A stretch of DNA of 64,000 nucleotides from Octopus vulgaris (lineage: Eukaryota), in contig OX597823.1 of the NCBI GenBank assembly GCA_951406725.2, positions 16,554,001-16,618,000 on the forward strand. Reading direction: 5' to 3'. The notes under the pieces were generated by a model that did no database searches, had not been told where the DNA came from, and was given only the letters and a program-made list of their open reading frames with translations. How positions within the stretch are numbered: position 1 is the first letter of the stretch; every line of letters starts with the position of its first letter. The position numbers and the translations under genes were made by a program. Shown piece by piece: positions 1 to 12,959 of this stretch.

Positions 1-1316
1 GTTGATGATGATGATATTACAATAGTGGTGGTGGCCATTATGAGAATGAGGATGACAATGACAGATGGATGATAGTTGTGAAGACAAGGATTGTGGCAGT
101 GGAGGTGGTGGTGGTGGTGGTGGTGGTGATGATGATTTTTAACCATTATTTTTATCCTCTTGCTGTTACTGTTTCTAACACTGAATTATTGTCAAACATT
201 GGGGTCATGTATAATTGATTAACAGACCCTTTCATTTTGACTGGTAATTATTACCTTGAAAGGGTCCCAGTAACTGCCTGGTATTTTATTTTATCAAAAT
301 AAAGGGTAAAAGTTACAGTTGATCTTGGCAGGATTTGAACTCAGAACATAAAGCGCCAGAACAAAGGCTGCAAGACATCTTGTCCAATGCTCTAATGATT
401 CTGCCTATCTGCCAGTCTAACAGCTCTCATAATAATCAAACTGAGGATGTCTTTGTTTTGCCATAAGAACAACAGATGAGGAAATATTACAAGGAGAAAT
501 TGCAAATATGAAAAATGGAAAACAGAAATAAAGAAGACATAAGGAAATGAAATTGTCCCAGGAGGGTAACAGCCACTTACGGTCAGTCAGGAAACCTCAT
601 AGATGAAGAATTATCCTGCTTACCAACAAGTGCCCTCTCCTAGTTGTGATCTTCAGCTTACAGTTACGTGCTGAGAATAGGGTAATTTACTTAAGCATTA
701 TGTACCACTCTCATTCACCTTTCACCAGAGGGTAATACTCCTGCTTTACCCTTATCATCAGTTCCAGGATACTTACAGAAGCGGTGAAGGTTTGGATAAA
801 GTACAAATTCTCTATTCTAAGTTTTCTCAATCTTGTTGTCCTCCACACAACTTTTGTTGTCATAGTCACAAGAAAGCAAACATTGTTTACATCTCCTTGC
901 CAAAAGAAGGTGACAGAGCAAATATCATAATGAATTTAGTTAAAAATAATAACAATAAGTATTTATGTCACAAGTGCAAGGCTGTGTCTGTGGAGGAAGA
1001 GATGTAATCGGTTATATTGACCTTAGTATTTGACTAGTAATTATTAGACCGACCCTAGAATAACACAAAATTAGCTGCAACAGGATTTGAACTCAGAATG
1101 TAGATTTAACTAATTACAGCGATGTCTGTCACCTTACTCTGTTTGCCAATATATAAATATGCTAGTATCACCAGCTGTATATAAAAATGGCAACACCACT
1201 GATTGTATATAAAAATTGTAATATTGCCTGCTCTCTAATGATAACACTTCCAGCCCTTTGTAAAATCGACCAGCTGTTCAATAAAACTCTACTAGTCAGC
1301 AATTCTTAGACACTAA

Positions 1317-1701
1317 TGGAAGCACTCCGTCGGTTACAACGACGAGGGTTCCGGTTGATCCGATCAACGGAACAGCCTGCTCATAAAATTAACATGTAAG
1401 TGGCTGAGCACTCCACAGACACGTGCACCCTTAACGTAGTTCTCAGGGATATTCAGCGTGACACAGAGAGTGACAAGGCCGACCCTTTGAAATACAGGTA
1501 CAACAGAAACAGGAAGTAAGAGTGAGAGAAAGTTGTGGTGAAAGAGTACAGCAGGGATCGCCACCACCCCCTGCCGGAGCCTCGTGGAGCTTTAGGTGTT
1601 TTCGCTCAATAAACACTCACAACGCCCGGTCTGGGAATCGAAACTGCGATCCTACGACCGTGAGTCCGCTGCCCTAACCACTGGGCCATTGCGCCTCCGC
1701 C
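1317..1701 (-). mobile_element. Full-length tRNA-derived SINE, type B (head GGAGGCGCAATGGCCCAGTGGTTAGG), with 13-bp TSD
   Basis: Minus strand starts with A-box TGGCCCAGTGG and B-box-like GTTTCGATTCCC. TSD TCTTAGACACTAA at 1304-1316 and 1702-1714. Near-identical copies at 30872 and 63503. Confidence 0.9.
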
Positions 1702-2159
1702 TCTTAGACACTAAACAAGTGTGTTGGATGACTTCAGTACCTTTCACACATCTTGGACAAACATGGCTATGGCACTATTCTGATTATAGAGTTTACTCTG
1801 AACTGGCAATATTCCCAAATAGTTATCAATATTGTCCTTAGTTACGAGGCTGAAAGTTCTCATGAAAAGATTATTCAGGTGATCTTTTTTAATGCCCAGA
1901 GTCCCTCACAAAGCATTGTCATTCTTCCCACCACAAAACCTACATAGAATGCAAGGGTTGGTGCGCCATCAATCATATTGCTCAACTGGTAGAGACCTGG
2001 AAGTACCTGACAGCATTTTAAATGCCAGGTGTCCAATCTTAGTTTTTGCTTCACTCAGTACTGCAACTTTGTCAGTTCAAAAAACATGTACCTCACAAAC
2101 AGCAACCACATATCTAGCAATTTCTGCATATGTCCAATAATAACAATTTGTAACATTTA

Positions 2160-2160
<1 letters not shown>

Positions 2161-2231
<71 letters not shown>

Positions 2232-2232
2232 C

Positions 2233-2271
<39 letters not shown>

Positions 2272-2288
2272 GGTGGTGGTGGTGGTGT
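2161..2288. repeat. Compound trinucleotide microsatellite (AGT)n(AGC)n(GGT)n
   Basis: Directly visible. Confidence 0.95.
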
Positions 2289-2329
2289 GGACATCATCAT
2301 CAGTTAGTCAGTGAAGGTAAGAATATCAC

Positions 2330-2850
2330 TATCCTCTGAGATTTTCCAGTCAACATCGACAGAACAACCCAGGCTAATCGACCAGACATAGACATTAAAG
2401 ATTGAGAAGGAAATGCTTGTAGACTAATAAATGTGTTCCCACTGATAAAAATATATTTGTAAAGGAATTTTACAAATTAAGTAAATATTACAACCTGGAA
2501 ATTAAAATACAAAAGATGTGGCATCTTAAAGTGAGGACTGTTCCTGTTACTGTAGGTGCTCTAGGTATGATAAGAAAGGTATGTCAGAAATATCTAGATG
2601 ATATCTCAGGAGAACCATGTTTCAGAGAAATCCAAAAGATTGTGCTGACAAGTACTGCCCATATCCTTAGAAAAACCCTATCAATTTAAATGTCTGTGTG
2701 GTATTACATGAAGATATTCCACTACTGCCCCTTTTACTTCCCCTCCCCAAGCTTTCAGTCATATTATAACATCTCTTATCCTTCAACTGTCCTAGGATGC
2801 TGGGTGCATCTCAGCAAGTGATTGTAACAAACATGCAGATTAAAAGTAAA
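2330..2850 (+). mobile_element. R4/Dong-like non-LTR retrotransposon 3' fragment (family 1), degenerate RLE domain and 3'UTR
   Basis: Translates ..ANRPDI..KMWHLKVRTVPVTVGALGMI..EIQKIVLTSTAHILRKTLSI*. Followed by (AAT)n. Second copy at 9078-9397. Confidence 0.85.
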
Positions 2851-2879
2851 CAACAACAATAATAATAATGATGATGATG

Positions 2880-2928
<49 letters not shown>

Positions 2929-3505
2929 GTGCTTGAAAATGACCACATCTCACTCCTCTGGAACTTCACCATTCAAACTGACAGAAAGATAGATGCAAAT
3001 AGGCCAGACATCATATTGAAAGACTTCAAACAAAGAACATGCCTCTTCATTGATATGACTGTCCCAATCGATATAAACGTATCTGTCAAGACCTACCAAA
3101 AACTGAGCAAATATAAAGATCTTGAAATAGAAATCAGCAAAATGTGGAACCTGAAGACTAAAACAATACCTGTTGTCATAGGTGCCCTGGGAATGATAGC
3201 AAAAGGGACTGATAGCTACCTAACCCAGATACCAGGAAACCCCAAAATGGCAGAAATTCAAAAGATAGTGCTCATGGGAACTGCTCATATCCTACGCAAA
3301 ATACTTTCTATGTAATCTCAAGGTTTAAAACAAATTAAAAAAAAAAATTTTTATTTTAGACATCCACCAGTACAACACAAAAAACAACTAAATATATGGC
3401 ACACTAGGCATAACAACAACGTGAACTTCCAACCTGTTGTCTCTTGAGGTCTCCGGGTGAGACTTGGAGCCAACTTATACAAACATAAAGCAAAAGTCAA
3501 ACATA

Positions 3506-3508
<3 letters not shown>
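2929..3508 (+). mobile_element. R4/Dong-like LINE 3' fragment (family 2); ORF 2929-3315 is the RLE C-terminus
   Basis: LLWNFTIQTDRKIDANRPDIILKD..IDMTVP..KYKDL..PVVIGALG, a PD-(D/E)xK-type RLE. (AAT)n on both sides. Confidence 0.9.
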
Positions 3509-3558
<50 letters not shown>

Positions 3559-4607
3559 TTGATCTCGTGCAGGATACCCAAACAGAACAACCCGAGGGAA
3601 GTACGGCAACTATTGTTGCAAAAAAGGTGAAAATAATGGCAATGAAAAAAGCGCACGAGCAATTGGCTAATAGGTGGGAGGAGAAACCTCTGCACGGCAA
3701 ATATGTGGCCCACAGCAAACAAGCTGATGTTGACCAGAAGGAAACCCATCAGTGGCTACGGAGCTCAGGGCTAAAAGCGGAGAGCGAAGGTTTCATCCTG
3801 GCTGCTCAAGATCAAAGCCTATTAACCCGGAACTACCAGGCCAATGTGATGAAAAATGGAGCAGACCCAAAATGCCGATTCTGCAACAACATGATTGAAA
3901 CAGTGGACCACCTAATCTCTGGATGTAAAGTCTTAGCACCAGTGGAGTATAAATTAAGATATGACAGAGTTGGCCAATATCTACACTGGCTAATAAGTCG
4001 GCATTACAATATCAAAACTGCCGACAAGTGGTATAATCACCACCCTGAAGCTGTAACTGAAGGAGAAAATGTAACGATTCTGTGGGACTTTCCAGTACAT
4101 ACAGACCGAACCATCAAAGCCAATAAACCAGATATTGTTGTGAAAGACCAAAACAAATAAAGTTTGCTTATTGATCGACATGAGCATCCCCTGTGATCAT
4201 AATATCTCGGCGAAAGAGTTTGACAAGCTCAGAAAATATAAAGACCTGCTCATTGAAATTGAGAAAATGTGGCATCTCAAGGCAGTTACAATACCAGTGA
4301 TCGTAGGAGCACTAGGAATGATCAAGAAGGAAACCGAAAATTATATGAGAATGATCCCTGGCTTACCATCCCTGCAAGAAGTGCAAAAGATTGTCTTAAC
4401 TGGTACATCACACGTATTGAGAAGAGCATTGTCGATGTGAGAACTATTACTACCCATGTATTTTAATTTAACTTAAAAAAAAAAATGAACAAACTTGTGA
4501 GTTTAGTTTAATGGCCTAACAATGTATACTATGAGTTTCTTTGTCCTAGGAGTCGGGAAGACACTCAGCAAGAAATGGAAGCAAATTTGAAAGAAGAAGA
4601 AAAAAGA
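3559..4607 (+). mobile_element. R4/Dong-like LINE 3' fragment (family 3) with CCHC knuckle and RLE, one frameshift near 4160
   Basis: ORFs 3567-4160 (AAQDQSL, CRFC..ETVDHLISGC, ILWDF..ANKPDIVV) and 4171-4440. (AAT)n on both sides. Confidence 0.9.
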
Positions 4608-4642
4608 TAATAATAATAATAATAGTAACAATAATAATAATA

Positions 4643-4698
<56 letters not shown>

Positions 4699-4699
<1 letters not shown>

Positions 4700-5459
4700 T
4701 TGTCTCCAAATGCAGTCTTCTAGCGCCTACAGAGTACCTCAACAGGCATGATAGAGCTGCACAATATATTCACTGGGTATTTTGCAAAAACCTGGATTTG
4801 CCCCATGAAAAAAACTGGTGGGAACACAATCCACCTCCAGTGCTTGAAAATGACCACATCTCACTCCTCTGGAACTTCACCATTCAAACTGACAGGAAGA
4901 TAGATGCAAATAGGCCAGACATCATATTGAAAGACTTCAGACAAAGAACATGCCTCCTCATTGATATGACTGTCCCAATCGATATAAACATATCTGTCAA
5001 GATCTACCAAAAACTGAGCAAATATAAAGATCTTGAAATAGAAATCAGCAAAATGTGGAACCTGAAGACTAAAACAATACCTGTTGTCATAGGTGCCCTG
5101 GGAATGATAGCGAAAGGGACTAATTGCTACCTAACTCAGATACCAGGAAACCCCAAAATGGCAGAAATTCAAAAGATAGTGCTCATGGGAACTGCTCATA
5201 TCCTACGCAAAATACTTTCTATGTAATCCCAAGGTTTAAAACAAACTTTTTTTTATTTATTTATTTATTTATTCTATTTTATTTATTTATTTTTTTTTTA
5301 AATTTTATTTTTATGTATTAGACATTCACTAGTACAACACAAAAAAAAAAAAAAAAACCCCCAAATATATGGCACCGAACTTCCAACCTGTTGTCTCTTG
5401 AGGTCTCTGGGTGAGACTTGGAGCCAACTTGTACAGACATAAAGCAAAAGTCAAACATA

Positions 5460-5461
<2 letters not shown>
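4699..5461 (+). mobile_element. R4/Dong-like LINE 3' fragment (family 2, longer copy)
   Basis: ORF 4798-5226 is nearly identical to 2929-3315, with the same 3'UTR ending GTCAAACATAG-(AAT)n. Confidence 0.9.
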
Positions 5462-5510
<49 letters not shown>

Positions 5511-8011
5511 GGCAAAAGGCATAAAACTTAAAATGAAAACTGCTTAACAGAAGAAAAGACAATCAAAATGGAAAAAAAACTTAGAAAAGGATAAACAATT
5601 CATGCGAGGCGACCTATCAATACTGACCGAAATAAGTAACAAAACCAGGTCAACCAAAGAAAAGCCAAGAAAATATGCAAAAAATAAGAGATCAAACAAA
5701 AAAATGAAATACCTGAAGCAAAAGAAAACCTAAAGCAAAAAATCCAAGCAAAGGCACAATGACTGTCATGATATTAAAGAGAAACAAACAATTTAGACAA
5801 AACAAATTATTTAAAGAAGATGGAAAGAAATTTTACAGGGAACTCGGTAAACAACAAATAAATGTTGAGCAATCGCCAAAGAAAGAGGATATGGAAAATT
5901 TCTGGAGTACGATATGGGAAAATGAAAAACAACATAAAAAGCATCATCCGTTCGTGTCCGTTGCCAGCCTCGCCTGGCCCCCGTGCCGGTGGCACGTAAA
6001 AGCACCATCCGTTCGTGGCCGTTTGCCAGCTCCGTCTGGCACCTGTGCGGGTGGCACGTAAAAAGCACCCACTACACTCACGGAGTGGTTGGCGTTAGGA
6101 AGGGCATCCAGCCGTAGAAACACTGCCAGATCTGACTGGGCCTGATGCAGCCTTCCGGCTTCACAGACCCCAGTTGAACTGTCCAACCCATGCTAGCATG
6201 GAAAGCGGACGCTAAATGATGATGATGATGATGATGAAGATGCAGAATGGATTAAGGAACAAGAAACACTCCTGGAAAATAAAGAAGTACAGGAATGGGA
6301 AGATATTCAAAAGGAGGAGGTTACCCCTGAAAAAGCCAGCAATTGGAAGCCACCAGAAATAGATCGAGTAAGCAAACATCTAGATCAAACAGCTAGTTGA
6401 TATACATGGAGATATGTCATCAGCATACAACGAAGTCATGAAAAACCAAGAAAATAGCCCAGACTGGTTGACACAGGGAGTGACATACGTAATACCAAAA
6501 ACAAATGACACAGAAAATCCAAAGAACTGTAGACCAGTCACCTGTCTACCAATAATGTACAAAATATTAACATCTGTAATCACTGAATGAACATACACAT
6601 TCCAAGAAGAAAACAACCTATTACCACTAAAACAAAAAGGTTGTCGAAGAGGGAGCTACAGATGCGAGGACCAATTGCTGATAAACAAAATCATCCTTGA
6701 AGACTGCAAAAAAATGAACCTGAGCACATCATGGATCAACATGGATTCTGAAAGTGGTGGAAGTATACAAAGTATCCCCAACTCTCATCATGTTTATGAA
6801 ACACAACATGAATACATGGGAAACTACGTTGACGCTGAACCATTCCAGTGGATCAATAACAAGCAGACCAATAAAAATCAAGAGTGGTATCTTTCAAGGG
6901 GACTCGCTGTCACCCTTAATATTCTGCATGGCACTGGCAAAATTAAGGACCATGCTCAACAAAACCAGGTATGGATATGCGATCAAGAAGAAAAAAGGGA
7001 GTCATCTGTACAGTTTAAGAAACAACTGATGACGGAGGATCTGTACAGTTTAAGAAACAACTGATGACGGAGTAACCTAGGATGAAGGCGAGTGAGAAAG
7101 TTACCCAGTTTGCTAAAAGAGTTAAGGAAGAGACGAAAAAACAAGCCCAGAAGAAAAGCAAAGAAGAATGGCTAGAAAAACCGATGCATGGCCGATACCC
7201 ATGTAGAGTGAACAAGCCAGACATAGAAAAACAAGACACTCATGTATGGATGAAGAGCTCAGGACTGAAGGCTGAAACTGAAGGTCTTATCATAGCAGCA
7301 CAAGATCAAAGCTTGGCAACCAGGGCTTACCACAACAAAATAATGAATGATGGCACTGACCTGAAATGCAGAATGTGTCATGAGCAGGATGAAAGAGTGG
7401 ACCACATCTTAACTGGATGCACAGCGCTTGCAAAGGCCAAATATATTCATAGACACGATAGAGTAGTGCAATATATCCATTTGAAGATATGTAAACACTA
7501 CCAGCTTCCAACTTCAGAAAGATGGTACCAGCATAAACCTGAAACTGTGACCAGAAAAGATAATGTAACGGTACTCTGGGACATGCCAATCAACACCGAT
7601 AAAGAAATCAAGGCAAACAGGCTGGACATAATCATCAAAGATGAGAAGAGTAAGAAATGCTTAATGATAGATGTGACAGTACCATCAGAGAGAAATGACT
7701 CCATTAAGGAAGTTGAGAAGTTATTTAAGTACAAAGACCTAGAAATAGAAGTGACCAAGATGTGGGGAATAAAAAGCAGCAGCAGCATCCAGTGGTGATT
7801 GGAGCGTTAGGGCTAATTAAAAAGGGCCTTGATAAGCAGCTCAACAATTTCCCTTGCAGTGTTAACGTGGGAGAACTTCAGAAAATAGTGTTACTAGGTT
7901 CCACACACATTTTACACTATGTACTCTCCATGAGATGAGGACCTGCTGTGACCCTAGAGTCAAGGGATGACCCCAGTTCAGCAGATGACAATGGACCATA
8001 TTTTATTTTAA
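5511..8011 (+). mobile_element. R4/Dong-like LINE (family 4) with partial reverse transcriptase, CCHC knuckle and RLE; pseudogenised, interrupted at 5942-6236, internally deleted near 7070
   Basis: RT motifs NCRPVTCLPIMYKILT, QKGCRRG, GIFQGDSLSPLIFC, then CRMC..ERVDHILTGC and VLWDMPINTDKEIKANRLDII (ORF 7082-7798). A 33-bp tandem duplication (7004-7071) sits at the deletion junction. Confidence 0.9.
5942..6236 (+). mobile_element. Non-autonomous retroelement with RTE-type 3' tail and internal ~60-bp repeats
   Basis: Ends GTCCAACCCATGCTAGCATGGAAAGCGGACGCTAAA(TGA)n. Repeated GTGCCGGTGGCACGTAAAAGCACC. Copies at 12113-12473 (-) and 22862-23341 (+). Confidence 0.8.
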
Positions 8012-8023
8012 AATAATAATAAT

Positions 8024-8460
8024 ATTGTATACTGTGCAATGTCTACCATGAGATAGAGAATAGGAAGCTAGACATAGTCTTAATTGAGAAAGAAAACAAA
8101 CTATGCTAGATCATAGCTATAGCATGCCCAGCTAACAACAAGGTATGCGATAAGGAAGAAAGAAAAGTTGAGAGATATGACAGGTTAGCTTGGGAAGTTA
8201 AGCAGTTGTGGTCGATGAAAAAGGTAGCAATAGTATCAATAATTGTCGGAGCCTTGGGAACAGTGAGCAAAAATTTTGAGAAGTATGTGGAACAAATAGG
8301 GGCTGCAATAAGGGTGGAGGACTTGCAGAAAACAGCACTGCTTGGAACCGCTTGAATACTCAGGAAGGTGCTCGAAAAATAAGAGGTGTTTCCTTAGTTC
8401 ACTGGAATGAACGGCTGACACTGTAATACATCTCCAGTGTTAGAAGCTGTGCAAAAGCAA
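8024..8460 (+). mobile_element. R4/Dong-like LINE 3' fragment (family 5)
   Basis: Degenerate ..NRKLDIVLIEK..IACP..RYDRLAWEVKQLW..IIVGALGTV..LQKTALLGTA*ILRKVLE. Short (AAT)n on both sides. Confidence 0.8.
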
Positions 8461-8486
8461 TGATAATAAAAATAATAATAATAATA

Positions 8487-9010
8487 TGGCTTCTGATCTT
8501 AACTGACTGGAAGTGTTATCATGTACATTGTTTTGTCTTCGTATAAAAGATGGGCTACAGCAAATATTCTGCTCAATACCACAGATTTGCTTGTCAGTTG
8601 TTTGACCTTAACCAGTTGAGCATGTCCCTTAGTGTCTGACGATATGTGCATCTCTGATCACGAGCAGAAGTAGTGGGGGAGCATCATAGCCATGTGTTGA
8701 GAGGGATTCTTTGGGGTTTGAATAATTCACCTCTGGAAACATGGGTGGTTCGTTCAACATCTTTAAACAACCCTTATTCAGGGACCGTTTGAGCAGGATG
8801 GGCTACTCAACCTGAAGAAAATTCTAACTGGGCCCCCACCTGCAAGGTCATGTGCTGTTTATCTTGATATGAGATCACCATGTCGCGCACATATGGTTGT
8901 GATGCATGTGCCTGGTGTACCCTTATCAGACGGGTAGTCATGATGGGTATATTAGGCTTCGTATATTTTACCCCAGTGTCACTTTGATGGCATGAACTGC
9001 TCTCTCACTC
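8487..9010 (+). mobile_element. Unclassified ~520-bp non-coding element bounded by (AAT)n
   Basis: Positions ~8509-8648 recur at 9408-9548. Ends CTCTCTCACTC-(AAT)n. Confidence 0.6.
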
Positions 9011-9051
<41 letters not shown>

Positions 9052-9077
9052 TAATAATAATAATAATAATGATAATA

Positions 9078-9397
9078 GACTCTCCCATCAAATACAAAAG
9101 ATGTGACATCTTAAAGTGAGAACTGTTCCTGTTATTGTCAGAAAAATCTAGATAATATCTTGGGGAACCATGTTTCAGAGAAATCCAAATGATTGTGCTG
9201 ACAAGAACTGCCCACATCCTTAGAAAAACCCTATCAATTTAAATGTCTGTGTTGTATTACATGAAGTTATTTTGCTACTGTCGCTTCCCCTCCCCAAGCT
9301 TTCAATTACACTGTAACGTCTCTTATCTTTCACTTGCCCTAGGATGCTGGTTGTGTCTTGGCAAGTGAATGTAACAAACTTGCAGATTAAAAGTATA
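9078..9397 (+). mobile_element. R4/Dong-like LINE 3' fragment (family 1, second copy, internally deleted)
   Basis: Aligns by eye to 2505-2848. Confidence 0.85.
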
Positions 9398-9824
9398 TAA
9401 TAATAATGGAAGTGTTATCATGTACATTGTTTTGTCTTGGTATAAAAGATGGGCTACAGCAAATATTCTGCTCAAATACCACAGATTTGCTGGTCAGTTG
9501 TTTGACCTTAACCAGGTGAGCATGTCCCTTAGTGGCTGATGAAATGTGTATGAATTATGCACTGGGGTCAATCTAATCGACTGGGCACCCTCCGCCCCAA
9601 AATTTCAGGCCTTGTCCTTGGAGTAGAAAGGAATATTTTACATGAGTGTCAGTATATATACATATACAGACTTTCATGTATGTATGTGTATATGTTGTGT
9701 GTGCATGTGTGTGTGTAATGTGTGCAAAGAATAGATCTGTTTATAAACACACTAACACCCACATATCTATAATATGAGAGAGAGAGTAAGGGATTTGAGC
9801 TAGTGTTTGTATGTGCCACTGATA

Positions 9825-10213
9825 TCTTTATATATAAAAGAGAAGTTGTGTGTCTGTCTCCTACGATTTAGATTCCTAACTACTCCTACATTTTGCGGTG
9901 CAGTGTAACCAAAAGCAGGTATCTTATAGTCGTGATTCATATTGAGCCCTTCTGGGTATTAGCGCGTGTCTACGATGAGTCTACGATTTTAAAAATAATT
10001 TACCATCATTTTTTCCATTTTAATGCATTTTTTTCGCTAAGGGAAGTAACTCTCTAAAAATGTCTAAGATGAGTCAACGATTTAAAAAAAATTTACCATC
10101 ATTTTTTTCCCATTTTTAATGCATTTTTTTGCTATTTTTTTGGCTATAACTCTAAAAATGCTTATATAGTTATTTCCCTTACAAACCCGAGCAACGCCGG
10201 GCGATACTGCTAG
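9825..10213 (+). mobile_element. Non-autonomous Helitron
   Basis: A^TC 5' end, hairpin CCCGAGCAACGCCGGG (10186-10201), CTAG^T 3' end. Second copy at 23727. Confidence 0.85.
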
Positions 10214-10555
10214 TTGAAAATATGTTAATTCTAGGTTTATGAGGAAGGGAATTCATACATGTATGCATCTTAGTATCATTTCCATGTGTCTTCATATATA
10301 ACATTATCTGAGCAAAAGAACAGTGTCATTGCTTAGTTTTTCTGGTTAACAACATAATGTCTTATAATTCAACAGACATGTTAGGGATCAGTCAAATGAA
10401 AAAGAAATTATAAAATAAGTGGGGCTTAGTGGCAAGTAAAGCATCCTGCTATAGAAAATCTGCCTCCCTAAGTTTCATCTAACCCATCCCAGCATGAAAA
10501 ACCAAACGTGAAAATAACGATGATAATGATGGCGATGGTAGTAAAAGTTAAATCA

Positions 10556-10621
<66 letters not shown>

Positions 10622-11237
10622 CACACACATAATTTGATCAGTGGTTGCTCCACTTTTTCACTTGATTTTGGAATAATGAGGTGACAATCACTTGGTATTT
10701 TTGTCAGCTTGTTTCAAATAATAAAACACCAAAAAAATAATTAAAAACAGTAAAAACCAAAAACAAAACAAAACAAAAAAATGAATGATAAGTATAGATT
10801 TTTTACACCTTATTATTTTTTGCTCAAACTAGATTCCCATTCACTCAACTGTATCCAGTTTCAAAGTCTTATTCTCGATAAGTTGATGGATGTGCAAAAC
10901 AGTAAAAATAAATCAATGAAATTTGTAGAATAGTGAAATAAAACACACACACACACACACACACTAAAAATATACATGTAAGACTAAACACATGTGTCTC
11001 CTGTCTTCCACTTCACCTAAACACTCAAAAGAAAATATGGAAAAGGAAAACCAAGGTCAGAAATACAAAGTTTAGGTTTTAGTTTCTATTTCTTTTTTCT
11101 CTAGACAACAAAGGTTTCTAGTAATCCCTGTCTTTGCAACGTATACATGCAGGCGTATACACATATTTGTGCATGTGTACATTCATATGAGTCCCTCTAG
11201 CCTGCAGAGATGTCCTGGATGCTAACAGCAACAGAGT

Positions 11238-11432
11238 GGAGGCACAATGGCCCAGTGGTTAGGGCAGTGGACTCGCGGTGGTAAGAACGTCGTTTCGATA
11301 CCCAGACCGGGCATTGTGAGTGTTTACTGAGCAAAAGTACCTAAGCTCCACAAGGCTCTGGCGGGGGGCTGGTGGTGAACCCTGCTGTACTCTTTCACCT
11401 CAACTTTCTCTCACTCCTTTTTCCTACTTCTG
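11238..11432 (+). mobile_element. Type B SINE, 5' portion, diverged
   Basis: GGAGGCACAATGGCCCAGTGGTTAGGGCAG head and body matching the reverse complement of 1505-1699. Confidence 0.8.
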
Positions 11433-11982
11433 CCACAAAGCAGAGGAACCATGGTGTAACCCACTATGGTGTGGTAAACTTTCAGACCCTAGTCTAGATT
11501 GCAAATCTTCTGTACCCCAGGATTGTTCAGCTCTCCACCCGTTCAAAGCCACCATTTATGGAATGAGGATAACAACGTAGCTTTCATGCCCATGCAACCA
11601 CTAGTCTATCACATGAGGTGAGTGGATCTTCAAGTTGCCACACACATTCTTAGTAGCTTAGAGTAGGCTCGAATTAGAGATTATTCTTTGTGGGTAATGG
11701 CATAAGTCCTAATTGGAAGCAGAAGAAGAGGAAGAACAGCAACAGAGCATAGACAGACTTGTTTTATTTTTCACATTTATACAAGGTTGTAATCAAGTAA
11801 CTTAAATCAGTTGCCTGTCTTGCAGTTTGAACAGATTGGTTGAGTCAAATAGCCCAGTCCATATGGCTACAGATGTGAATAAGGAAAGTTAGCTGAAGTG
11901 ATCATGATGGCAACTTTTGTATTTACTTTATAAGAAAGGTTAAAAAGTCAACTGAAAATATTTTATTTACTCAAAGCTTATA

Positions 11983-11989
11983 CAACAAC

Positions 11990-12061
<72 letters not shown>

Positions 12062-12117
12062 CATCATCATCATCATCATCATCATCATATTCATCATATT
12101 CATCATCATCATCATCA
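11983..12117. repeat. (AAT)n-(CAT)n microsatellite
   Basis: Directly visible. The CAT part is the tail of the adjacent RTE-tailed element. Confidence 0.95.
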
Positions 12118-12473
12118 TTTAGCGTCCGCTTTCCATGCTAGCATGGGTTGGACGGTTCAACTGGGCTCTGTGAAGCCAGAAGGCTGCACCAGGCCCAGTC
12201 TGATCTGGCAGTGTTTCTACGGCTGGATGCCCTTCCTAACGCCAACCACTCCGTGAGTGTAGTGGGTGCTTTTTACGTGCCACCGGCACAGGTGCCAGAC
12301 AAGTCTGGCAAACAGCCACAATCAGATGGTGCTTTTTATGTGCCACCGGCACGGGGACCAGGCGAGACTGGCAACGGCCATGATCGGATGGTGCTTTTTA
12401 CATGCCACCGGCACGGGGGGGCCAAGCGAGGCTGGCAATGGCCACGAACGGATGGTGCTTTTTACGTGCCACT
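12113..12473 (-). mobile_element. RTE-tailed non-autonomous element with ~4 internal repeat units
   Basis: Reverse complement of 5942-6236 plus extra GGTGCTTTTTACGTGCCACCGGCAC units. Confidence 0.8.
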
Positions 12474-12959
12474 GACAATAATAATAATAAAAGCAAAAAA
12501 AAAGAAGAGAGCCATTGTTATCAAGTGAATGGTATTTCGGCATCTATTGTGCCTTCCACAGGTTCAAAAAATAAACTTGTCAATCTACTTCATTTTTGGT
12601 AATATTTTATAAGATTGAGGTAACTCCCCTGGTAGGTATACAGAAGCAAAAAAAAGAAGAGTGACATTTTTTTTTGTTTCTGTATAACTACTGGAGGAGT
12701 TACCTCAATCCTATAATAATAATAATAATAATAATTTAGCTACCTACCACATGAAAATGAGCAATGTTATATTTAATGCAGAGAACATAAAAAAATTAAC
12801 GAGAAAGCATTAAAAAGTTAATTAATTATGCAACAAGGATTAAATTATTATTTTAAATGACAAATATTTTTTCCTCTTTCTTTTTCCTATTCTTTTTCTT
12901 TTTGGCAAAAAAATATGTACCAGTCAAAGTACGGTGAAGGCTATACTTTACTGATAAGG

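Noticed and set aside
5942-6070. Repeat-and-spacer-like units (also 12265-12473 and 23025-23180) as a CRISPR array
   Set aside because: Eukaryotic context, spacers are homologous to each other, the units lie inside a dispersed retroelement, and no cas genes are present.
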